Of a stretch of 64,000 nt of DNA, positions 56,177-64,000 are shown one piece after another. The stretch covers positions 160,001 to 224,000 of the forward strand of contig JBBCJC010000002.1 in NCBI GenBank assembly GCA_037189525.1, written 5' to 3'. Below the pieces are notes generated by a model, which was not told the DNA's origin, made no database searches, and worked only from the letters and a program-made list of their open reading frames with translations. A program made the position numbers and the translations under genes. Position 1 is the stretch's first letter. The number at the start of each line of letters is the position of its first letter. Source of the stretch: Gemmatimonadales bacterium (GTDB taxonomy: Bacteria; Gemmatimonadota; Gemmatimonadetes; Gemmatimonadales; GWC2-71-9).

Positions 56177-59065
56177 CTAACGAACCACGTCGTTCCAGTT
56201 GAGCAATGTGTTGAAGACCATGCCAAACTCCCCGTGGTTCTGCCAGCGATAGATCGGGTTGTTCGAGAAGAGAACGACGCGGCCGTTGCCGTACCGTGCG
56301 CGCGGAATGTCGACGACGAACGGGCGTCCCTTGAGCGAATCGGCGCCGATCATCAGACCGGACAAGACCGAGGCGTCGCCGCCGACGTAGCGCGCGACCA
56401 CATTGTCCTCGTGCGCGACGCCGACCCGGAACGGCTGACCGCCCACGTACTTGACCGGGATGGTCTTGCCGGCATAGCCATAAAAGATCGGGTGATCGGT
56501 GCGCACGATCTCGCCCTGGATCAGCGGGCGGCGCGTCGTAAGGCCAGGCACGGTCACTCGCTCGACCGTACCGGCCCAGCCGAATTCGATCGGGAGGCGT
56601 GCCGCATCGCCGATGGCAATCAGCGTCCCGCCCGCTTCGAGAAAGGCCGCGAAGGCATCGACGCCGGCCTGGCCGAAGCCGCCGGTGATATCGGGAGACT
56701 CACCGTACATGCCGAGGAACTGGTACTTGTCGCTCTTCTGGTAGGGAACCGGCTTTTCGTTCGGGAGCCGCATCACCGCCGTCCGGCTGAGATCCTGTTC
56801 CGCCGTGAAGATGACGTCGTACTTGGCGCGCAGGTTCCCCTGGACCACTTGCTCCTTGTAGATCAGATCGAAGGGAATCTCGAAATTGTCGAACGTCAGC
56901 CGGTACCAGCCGAGATTCTGAGTTCCGGTCCACTGCGAGTAGACCGCGATCCGCGGCAAATCCGCCTCATGCGTCGGCACGTCCGGCATGCTCGACAGAG
57001 CTGCTGCCGTGAGGCCGAGCGATTCGACCGCCGTCCGCACCGCCGCGGCATGCGTGGCCCCGGTCACCAGGAACGACCCCGCTGGAAACTCGACACCGTC
57101 CACCTTGAAGGCGCGCTGCGCCACCTTCATCGGGACGTCGCGAAGACGATAGCGGAGGGTGACCATGTGGTTGGAACCCAAGTGCGCGATCGCGATGCCT
57201 GCCGAGCCGCTGCCGGTTACCGTTCCTTTGAGCGTGACGGTCGTGACCAGCGTGGTCGATACTTTGAGAATCGACGCATCGGCCACTTCGACGACGTCGA
57301 GACCCATGGCATAGCCCATGGTCCAGCCGCTGTCGTCATAGGTGTTGAGCCGGGCATCGGGGAACTGCTGCTTTTCGAGCAGGTTCTTGGCCAGCCGGCC
57401 GTAGGGCTGATCCCGCTTGATCACGTACGACCCGGCCGGATAACTCACCGAATCGATCTTGAAGGCCTGCCGCGCAACCCCGACCTCGATTCGCTGGCTC
57501 CGCAGGATGTTGACGAGTTCCGCCGCGCGGGTCATGTCCCGCTGGACCGGAATCACATAGCCGAAGGGCGCCTTGGTCTTCCCTTCCTCGATCGAGTTCT
57601 TCGTCTTGACGTAGAAGTTCTCGAGGATGGTGGCCGGGAACATGGCGGCGAGCTGCAGCGCGGAGAGCACCCCCGTCTGCATATAGTTGGCATTGGCGCG
57701 GCGGGTGAAGTTGGCCGAATCCTCCGGACCAATCGGAATGCCGCGGTACCATTCGCGATCCTGCGCCCCGCCCCGACCGGTCGGGATTCCTCCCGGTCCG
57801 GCACCGGTCGCCGGCCGTGCCGCACCCGCACGGCCGCGGGCCGAGTCAGCCTTCGTGGAATCGGGACGCGGCGCGACGCGCTCGACATTATCGAGGTCGC
57901 GACCTGACTGCGTCTCGTACATCTTCATCAGGCCGTTGTGATTGTAGGCCACCGACCCCAAATACCCGGGCGACCACCCGTCCATGAACGCATGAGTGTA
58001 GACGCCAGGCATGCCGTACTTGGTCATCTGGGCCATTTCCCAGTTGGCAAACCACGGCAGCTCCGCAAACAGGAGCGGATCGAGATTCGGATTCTGCGGC
58101 GCGGCACCGCTGTAGCTGTACAGGAGCGGCAAAGATTCGTGCAGGTCGTGCATGATCGGCGGATAGGCGGTGAAGTACCAGTCCACCAGGGAACGCATCT
58201 GGATCAGTGACAGGTTGATGTCACGATTGTTGTCGTGATAAGCATAACGCCCCCAGTACGGCACGTTGGGAGTGATCCGCCGCGCCAGCTGACGCACACT
58301 ATCCCGTACGGCTTCGCTGGCCCGCGTCGTATCAGGCGGCGGCGGCCGGAGCGGATTGTTCAATCCGGCTTCGAGGTTGCGATGGAACCAGTCGACGTTA
58401 CGATCTCGGCCATCCGCATCAGCCGCCGGCGTGATGGAGACGATCAGATTCTCGCGGATCTGCGAGATGATCGGCGAGGTTTCCGTCGCGAGCCGGTAGA
58501 CCAGCTCCATCAGCATCTCGGACGGACCCGTTTCACCGCTGTGCAATCCGCCCATCAGGTGATAGTGCGGCTTGGTCTGCTTGATCAACGCGGCGATGTC
58601 GGCGTCGGTTTTGCCGCGCGGGTCGGCAATGGTCGCCAGGTTGCGCTTGTTGGCGTCCAGCGTCTTCATATTCTCTTCCGACGTGACCCAGACGACCACC
58701 AGCTCGCGCCCCTCGTCCGACCGGCCGATCGTCTCGATTCGGACCCGCGGCGTTGCCGCAGCCAGCGCGCGGTAGTAACGAAGCTGGTCCGCATAGTACG
58801 TCAGCCGCTTCGGAATCCCGATGTGGTACCCCAGGATGTCACGGGGCGTCGGAATCCCGGCAACCAGCGGAAGGTGGTCGACCAGCGGGCTACCGAGCCG
58901 CGGATTGGGCAGCCATTCCCGATAGCTCTTTTCGAACGTCGGATCCTGCTTCTGATTGGGATCACGAGTCGCGGTAGAGGTCTGCTGGGCGGCGAGAGAC
59001 GACGCGAGGAGCGTACAGGCAAAAGCCGCCGCTCCGGCAGTCGCGCGGACCGATCGGAGGTTCAT
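56177..59065 (-). CDS. M14 family zinc carboxypeptidase with a C-terminal glutamine-amidotransferase-like domain, exported
   Basis: GLHSGETG, HDNNRD and HDLHE; signal peptide. Confidence 0.9.
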   Translation of the reverse strand: MNLRSVRATAGAAAFACTLLASSLAAQQTSTATRDPNQKQDPTFEKSYREWLPNPRLGSPLVDHLPLVAGIPTPRDILGYHIGIPKRLTYYADQLRYYRALAAATPRVRIETIGRSDEGRELVVVWVTSEENMKTLDANKRNLATIADPRGKTDADIAALIKQTKPHYHLMGGLHSGETGPSEMLMELVYRLATETSPIISQIRENLIVSITPAADADGRDRNVDWFHRNLEAGLNNPLRPPPPDTTRASEAVRDSVRQLARRITPNVPYWGRYAYHDNNRDINLSLIQMRSLVDWYFTAYPPIMHDLHESLPLLYSYSGAAPQNPNLDPLLFAELPWFANWEMAQMTKYGMPGVYTHAFMDGWSPGYLGSVAYNHNGLMKMYETQSGRDLDNVERVAPRPDSTKADSARGRAGAARPATGAGPGGIPTGRGGAQDREWYRGIPIGPEDSANFTRRANANYMQTGVLSALQLAAMFPATILENFYVKTKNSIEEGKTKAPFGYVIPVQRDMTRAAELVNILRSQRIEVGVARQAFKIDSVSYPAGSYVIKRDQPYGRLAKNLLEKQQFPDARLNTYDDSGWTMGYAMGLDVVEVADASILKVSTTLVTTVTLKGTVTGSGSAGIAIAHLGSNHMVTLRYRLRDVPMKVAQRAFKVDGVEFPAGSFLVTGATHAAAVRTAVESLGLTAAALSSMPDVPTHEADLPRIAVYSQWTGTQNLGWYRLTFDNFEIPFDLIYKEQVVQGNLRAKYDVIFTAEQDLSRTAVMRLPNEKPVPYQKSDKYQFLGMYGESPDITGGFGQAGVDAFAAFLEAGGTLIAIGDAARLPIEFGWAGTVERVTVPGLTTRRPLIQGEIVRTDHPIFYGYAGKTIPVKYVGGQPFRVGVAHEDNVVARYVGGDASVLSGLMIGADSLKGRPFVVDIPRARYGNGRVVLFSNNPIYRWQNHGEFGMVFNTLLNWNDVVR

Positions 59066-59152
59066 GGGTGTATTCCCGGAGGATGTGACGTCGACGAACT
59101 ACTGAATAATACGCGCGACCGCACAGGGATGCTGACAAATCCGCGGATTGTC

Positions 59153-60409
59153 TCAGCGCGCGCCGCCGGTCGCGATGACGCGGCCGTCGACCGCATCTAT
59201 ATAGAGGTCCGCGGTGCCGGCCGCATCGGCAAACCCGACGCGCCAGGCCAGCCGATGAGCAGGATCGGCCAGCTCGGTCGGGCGAACATAGCAGAGCGCC
59301 GGAGTACCGGGCATCATCTCGGAGTCGAGCTCCCGCTCGGTCCGAGCAGCGAGCGCCAGCCGCAGCGCCTCCTCCGCATCCAATTCCGCCCCGGTGCGCG
59401 GCAGCAACGACTGTGCCCATCGCGTCCTCACGCCGACCAAACGCCCCGACTCGGCGTGGACCTCCACCTGATGGAAGTCGCCTGCGACCGGGATATCATT
59501 GGACAGGTGGAGCCATGTCACCCGCCAGGTCCGCACTGGATCACTCCGACCGACCCGGCCGGCCGTGGGATTGCTGGCGCCTTCGGGAGGCGGTGCGGTA
59601 CGGGTCGCTGCCGCGATGAGCGCCGCCACCGGCAGCGAACGCCGCGCCGGCGGATCGGCCAGGCGGGCTAGCGACCATCCGGCCACGGGACCACCCGGAC
59701 CGTCGACCTCGACCGTCGCCGCCGACCAGTGACGCCAGGTTGCCAAGCGCACCTGACGTCCACCGCCGTAGCCTTCGACGTTCTCGAGCGCAAGCACGAC
59801 ATACCGATGCGCCGGTTTCGGCCGAATTCCCGCGCGACGGAGGCGGGCTTCGAACAAATCGAGCATCGCCAGGCGCGCACGATACTCGATGGCGCCGTCC
59901 GAGACGTCGAATGCCCGGCCGCTCAGCACCTGAATCGCCCGATGGGTTGCGGGGTCGGCCCAGACCCGTACCGCGCCAACCTGGCCTCGGATCGAGGTTC
60001 GAATCCGGACCTCGTAGGTCCAGCCGAGCGGATCGAGAAAGACCGCTCGCTGCTCGCGCACCTCCGCACCAACCAGGGCGAGCTCCGCCACGACCGCCTG
60101 CCCGACCTCTGGACCAGGCGCCGGCGGCCGAACCGCGGCGCCGAGCCGGCCGTCGTCCCGCCAACCGACCAGGCCGTCTTCCCGATCGAAGAAAACCACC
60201 ACATCGGGACCCGCTGCCAGCACCGACAGGTCGACCCGCCGAACCGGCGCCAGCGAGGGATGCAGGCTCGACTCCTCCGTCTCGTACGCGAGGATTCGCC
60301 GACCGGTCGGCCGGCCCTCGGGTAGCCGCTCTTCGATCAGCCGCTCGGCCCGAGCCCAGTCGGGATCCGGACCGGCACGCGAACCGCTGGACGGAGGCGG
60401 TTCAGCCAA
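59153..60409 (-). CDS. Hypothetical protein with PepSY-like repeats (candidate immunity protein or inhibitor)
   Basis: Repeated VRVWADPAT, VEVHAESGRLV and LAWRV..LYIDAVDGRVI; LDAEEAL.LA helix; overlaps the upstream gene. Confidence 0.65.
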   Translation of the reverse strand: MAEPPPSSGSRAGPDPDWARAERLIEERLPEGRPTGRRILAYETEESSLHPSLAPVRRVDLSVLAAGPDVVVFFDREDGLVGWRDDGRLGAAVRPPAPGPEVGQAVVAELALVGAEVREQRAVFLDPLGWTYEVRIRTSIRGQVGAVRVWADPATHRAIQVLSGRAFDVSDGAIEYRARLAMLDLFEARLRRAGIRPKPAHRYVVLALENVEGYGGGRQVRLATWRHWSAATVEVDGPGGPVAGWSLARLADPPARRSLPVAALIAAATRTAPPPEGASNPTAGRVGRSDPVRTWRVTWLHLSNDIPVAGDFHQVEVHAESGRLVGVRTRWAQSLLPRTGAELDAEEALRLALAARTERELDSEMMPGTPALCYVRPTELADPAHRLAWRVGFADAAGTADLYIDAVDGRVIATGGAR

Positions 60410-62279
60410 GAGCGGCCTCGCCGTGATCGGGCGGTAACGGATCGAACCCCATGCGTTCGTCTATCGACCGGAGCCGAGGTTCGTAATACACCGGGTCGCC
60501 GGTCCGTGCCAGCTCCGCATATACCTCGACGAACCGGTAGGGGTCCCACTCATCCTGACCCATGTCGACCCCGGTTTCCTTGATCCAGCGTCGAAAGAGC
60601 CGGCTCGCAAAGGATGCGTTGACCTGGCCGTCGACCGAATACACCCAACCATGGGTGTAACAGGTTCCGTTCGTTGCGTACCAGCCGATCAGCCCGTCGC
60701 TCACTGCGGTTCGGCAACCGCCCACGTAATGCAGGAACCGCGGCACCGCGTCCGCCTCGATACTGAGGGCGCCTTCCGCCAGCTGTCGATTCGCGCCACG
60801 AGTACCGACCTGGACGTAGTCGTCGTCAGTCGCCTGGCGATTGTGACGATTCATCAGCATCACACCGCTTCCCACCATCGGAATGGTCCGATACGGACCC
60901 GGGTTGCCACAGCCGAGTTGAATCGGCCAGGCATACTCGGCGTGATGCTCGACCGCCTCCGCTTCTGCTTCGGGACTTAGGTATCGATCGGGGCAGACCA
61001 GCCCGTCAGGCGGAAAACCCGAATGGGGGTGATCGATCGGCTGATTGTTGCGAGTCGGGTGATCGGCATGCCAGCAATCGCCGTATGCATGACCGATATG
61101 TACCACGATGTACCGGTTGCGCGTCTGGCGATGATACTCCGCCGGCGTCGTCATCGGGCTCGTCAGGACCGTGGCGTGAAAGTACTTTGAGTGCCGGTTC
61201 ATGACCTCGCCGATTTCCCGAATCGCCGGCACCCGATAAGGGTTGTCTCGCGAGGCCGCATACAACAGGCACATGAAGCGCATGTGGAGAGCATCGCGCT
61301 CGTGGGCGAGGTAATCCCGTTCAGTCACCGGTATCCAACGGTCGCTCTGGCCGACCTGAATCCAGAGGGCGTAGAAGTTGTTCCCGGGATACTTCCAGTG
61401 CTCGGCATGATTGCCGAAGATCACCTTCGGGTTGCGTCCGCTCACCTTGACGTTGCCGCCACGCACGGTGCCCGGCTCGATCCCTGGCTGCGCAGATGCG
61501 TCCCGGCCGGAAAAGTCGTAGAGGCGGTCGTGCGCCGGGGCCTCGATCTCGACGATGCGCGTCACGGCGAATCGGATCGGTGTATCGTCCGGGACGTTCT
61601 TGAGCCTCAGGTCGATTTCCGTGTCACCGCGCGCCGGCTCGTCTGGATCGCCGGCAGGCAACACCGACCGACTGGCCCAGCGCGCCCGCACTACGATGTC
61701 GATCGGCACCATGACCGCATCGTGGGACACCGTACCTTCGTCGTCGGGCCCCGGCGGTTCGTCGGCATCCCGATTCCAGACCTCGAGCCGCACCCAGACC
61801 GGCGCATCCAGCGCGGAGATCCGTCCGCCGCCCGCCAGATCTCCCGACCAGCGCCGCTCCTCAACCAGCGTGTGCGCACCGTGGATCAATTCGTCGGACT
61901 GCAGGGCAATGGTGTGTAGTGCGGTGGGTTCGGGGTCGCCGTCGGGGAGGGCCAGCTGCTCGCCGATCTCCGCGCCGATTGCCGGCCCCGTATCGGCCGA
62001 CTCGGTGGTGTCGTCGCCACCCGAATCGTCCGCTGTATCGGCATCGTCACGCGTTTCTTCTCGAGGGGGAGACCGATAGAAACTCAAACGCCCGCGCCGG
62101 ATCTGGGCATTGGGATCGAATACCCGATAACTGAGCAACAGACGATCGGTCGAAGGATCCCAGCGCGGCGGTCCGCTCAGTTCGGCAACCGAAAAGCCGG
62201 CGACGCGAATTTCGGTTTCACGGCCGGTTCGGACGTCATCGGTCAAGACTGGTGCAGCTTCGTCGGAGGGCTCTGTCAT
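60402..62279 (-). CDS. Putative secreted effector with a C-terminal caspase/CHAT-like cysteine-protease domain
   Basis: IVVHIGHA and LHYVGGCRT followed by GW..SV....ASFASRLF; lies in the DUF4123 operon. Confidence 0.6.
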   Translation of the reverse strand: MTEPSDEAAPVLTDDVRTGRETEIRVAGFSVAELSGPPRWDPSTDRLLLSYRVFDPNAQIRRGRLSFYRSPPREETRDDADTADDSGGDDTTESADTGPAIGAEIGEQLALPDGDPEPTALHTIALQSDELIHGAHTLVEERRWSGDLAGGGRISALDAPVWVRLEVWNRDADEPPGPDDEGTVSHDAVMVPIDIVVRARWASRSVLPAGDPDEPARGDTEIDLRLKNVPDDTPIRFAVTRIVEIEAPAHDRLYDFSGRDASAQPGIEPGTVRGGNVKVSGRNPKVIFGNHAEHWKYPGNNFYALWIQVGQSDRWIPVTERDYLAHERDALHMRFMCLLYAASRDNPYRVPAIREIGEVMNRHSKYFHATVLTSPMTTPAEYHRQTRNRYIVVHIGHAYGDCWHADHPTRNNQPIDHPHSGFPPDGLVCPDRYLSPEAEAEAVEHHAEYAWPIQLGCGNPGPYRTIPMVGSGVMLMNRHNRQATDDDYVQVGTRGANRQLAEGALSIEADAVPRFLHYVGGCRTAVSDGLIGWYATNGTCYTHGWVYSVDGQVNASFASRLFRRWIKETGVDMGQDEWDPYRFVEVYAELARTGDPVYYEPRLRSIDERMGFDPLPPDHGEAALG

Positions 62280-62602
62280 CGCCGAGCTCGATCGGGAATG
62301 GCGGTGAATCGGGCCATGCCACCGCTGCGCGCCAAGCCCTCGAAACGAACCCGACCCTCACGGTCGGTGCGCCCTTCCAGCGTTTCACCGGTATCCAGTT
62401 CGATCCGCACATCCTGGTCGGGCACCGGGTCGCCCGCGTCGTCCCGGAGAACGACGCCAAGCCAGGTGTCCTGCGGATCATCCGGGAGGACCGGCCCCGG
62501 TTCGGTTGCCGGACGCGGCCCGGTACGGCACGGTGCGCAGGCCGATCCGCCGCCGGGCGGAGCAAGCGCGTCCGCCTGCGCCTGGGAAACTCGAAGCGTC
62601 AT
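62276..62602 (-). CDS. Small T6SS-locus-type protein (transthyretin/carboxypeptidase-regulatory-like beta domain)
   Basis: QAQADAL...CAPC N-terminus and LRDDAGDPVP...EGRTDREGRVRFEGL; ATGA-coupled on both sides. Confidence 0.65.
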   Translation of the reverse strand: MTLRVSQAQADALAPPGGGSACAPCRTGPRPATEPGPVLPDDPQDTWLGVVLRDDAGDPVPDQDVRIELDTGETLEGRTDREGRVRFEGLARSGGMARFTAIPDRARR

Positions 62603-63177
62603 CGGATGGCCCCGCCGAGTGAAGCGTGCTGCTCGCCGATGCGCCGCCAGAGGAGTTCACAGGAACCATCCGGACGACCAACAGCGAATGCGTCGACCGG
62701 GCCGAAGAAATCGGGCAGGTCGACATCCGGCGCGGTGAGATAGCGGGACAACACTCGGGGATCGTAATAGCGGAAGTACCACGATTCGCCCGCCGGACTC
62801 TCGACGATGAGGAACTGCCGGAAGTGGCGATACAGCGCTTCGAAACCGGCGCCGGACAGCACCAGCACACCCCACGGCTCGTGCCACACCGTGTCCCGCA
62901 GCCACGCGAGCGTGTCGGCATCGACCCGAAACAGATACGGCGCAATGGCCCAGAGTTCTTCCTCGGCGCGCCCGCGATAGAGCGACCGCGCGCGGCCGGG
63001 ATTAGAGGCTCGGCACCGGACCGGAACCGCGGGCTGATCGCAGGCATCGACGAGCGCATAGAGGCGGCCGGCATCGGACCATCGGGTGATGGTTGCCGGG
63101 GCAACATCGGTGCGTTGAAGCGAGGTCACCCGGAAAATATGGGTCAGCGGCGGCCGGAGCGGCAACGTCGCATTCAA
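62599..63177 (-). CDS. DUF4123 domain protein (T6SS effector chaperone/adaptor)
   Basis: LYALVDA, SLYRG, APYL, WGVL, HFRQFL.V and YFRYYDPRVL. Confidence 0.9.
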   Translation of the reverse strand: MNATLPLRPPLTHIFRVTSLQRTDVAPATITRWSDAGRLYALVDACDQPAVPVRCRASNPGRARSLYRGRAEEELWAIAPYLFRVDADTLAWLRDTVWHEPWGVLVLSGAGFEALYRHFRQFLIVESPAGESWYFRYYDPRVLSRYLTAPDVDLPDFFGPVDAFAVGRPDGSCELLWRRIGEQHASLGGAIR

Positions 63178-63220
63178 TCAGGCTCCGTTGCGATTGGGAA
63201 ATCGGTCCGGTACCTTCCGT

Positions 63221-63239
63221 CCTATTGAACATCTATAGG
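63221..63239. promoter_or_regulatory. Palindromic putative PadR operator
   Basis: CCTATTGA-ACA-TCTATAGG (one mismatch), overlapping the padR ribosome-binding region. Confidence 0.55.
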
Positions 63240-63244
63240 TGAAC

Positions 63245-63577
63245 ATGGCCGCAGACAAACTCGACCTGCTGCAAGGCACTCTGGATCTCATCGTGCTCAA
63301 ATTATTGCAGGGCGGTCCGGCCAATGGCTGGCAGCTGACGCAGACGATTCAGGTCGTGTCGCGCGGTATCCTCGACGTCAATTACGGCTCGCTCTATCCG
63401 GCGCTGCGCCGACTCGAGGCCAAGGGTATGGTGAGCGCCGAATGGGGGCCGTCAGAAAACAACCGCCGAGCCCGATTCTACAAACTGACGACCGTCGGCC
63501 GCAAACAACTGACCAAAGAGCGCGCCGACTGGGAGCGCTTCACCAGCGCACTCGGCCTGATCCTCGCCACCGAATAG
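63245..63577 (+). CDS. PadR family transcriptional regulator
   Basis: DLLQGTLDLIVLK, GSLYPALRRLE and SENNRRARFY. Confidence 0.95.
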   Translation: MAADKLDLLQGTLDLIVLKLLQGGPANGWQLTQTIQVVSRGILDVNYGSLYPALRRLEAKGMVSAEWGPSENNRRARFYKLTTVGRKQLTKERADWERFTSALGLILATE

Positions 63578-63588
63578 TCGGCAGCCGG

Positions 63589-64000
63589 TCAGACCACACC
63601 GAACAAGGCGCTGAGCTTCTCGACGTCCTCCGGATCGAAGAGACGCCAACCCTGCGCCGAGAATCGCAGCAGCTCGTCTTCGGTGGGATAACTGAAGTAT
63701 GCGCCGGAGCCGGCATCCTGCGGTTCGGTGGCGATCTCCTCTGCCCGCTCGATCCGCAGGACGGCGTCCTCGATCAACCGTATCCCCAAAGGATAGAGTG
63801 ACAGGATGTGCCACAGGAGCGATCGGCTGCGATCGACCGGCTGGCGCGCCGTCGCGATGATTCCGCCGCGATCGATTGCCGGGCTGTCGATCCAATGGAG
63901 GGTACAGCCCACATGCGTATCGCCCGCCACCAATGCACGGAAGCTCGCGAGAATTCCTCGGTAGGCAGGCAAGAGGCCCGAGTGCAGATTGAGCACCCCG
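63589..64000 (-). CDS. Formyltransferase family protein (C-terminal part; start outside the window)
   Basis: LNLHSGLLPAYRG, GCTLHWI and IDRG motifs. Confidence 0.85.
   Translation of the reverse strand, partial: GVLNLHSGLLPAYRGILASFRALVAGDTHVGCTLHWIDSPAIDRGGIIATARQPVDRSRSLLWHILSLYPLGIRLIEDAVLRIERAEEIATEPQDAGSGAYFSYPTEDELLRFSAQGWRLFDPEDVEKLSALFGVV

Overview
A GC-rich bacterial chromosomal window. Gene content (Acidobacteria/Gemmatimonadota-type PadR-ADOP permease pair, many secreted peptidases and amidohydrolases, UPF0182, TM0106) suggests Gemmatimonadota, but this is inference. It holds about 50 CDS, dominated by exported hydrolases, plus the lysC-dapB-dapA-dapD lysine operon. I saw no rRNA, tRNA, CRISPR array, integrase or transposase. 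Five observations stand out. (1) A leaderless, lysine-codon-rich leader peptide with a terminator/antiterminator pair sits directly upstream of lysC, and looks like a ribosome-mediated lysine attenuator. (2) An orphan DUF4123 (T6SS adaptor) operon encodes a probable effector with a caspase/CHAT-like His-Cys dyad, followed by a PepSY-like candidate immunity protein. (3) A two-gene phosphorelay has substitutions at its HPt His, receiver Asp and N-box Asn, and carries a ~500-aa acidic linker. (4) A conserved ~130-nt hairpin with compensatory changes follows two unrelated M14 peptidase genes. (5) A low-GC cassette encoding a subtilase and a prodomain-like lipoprotein lies between diverged duplicates of the M14 promoter and 5' end.
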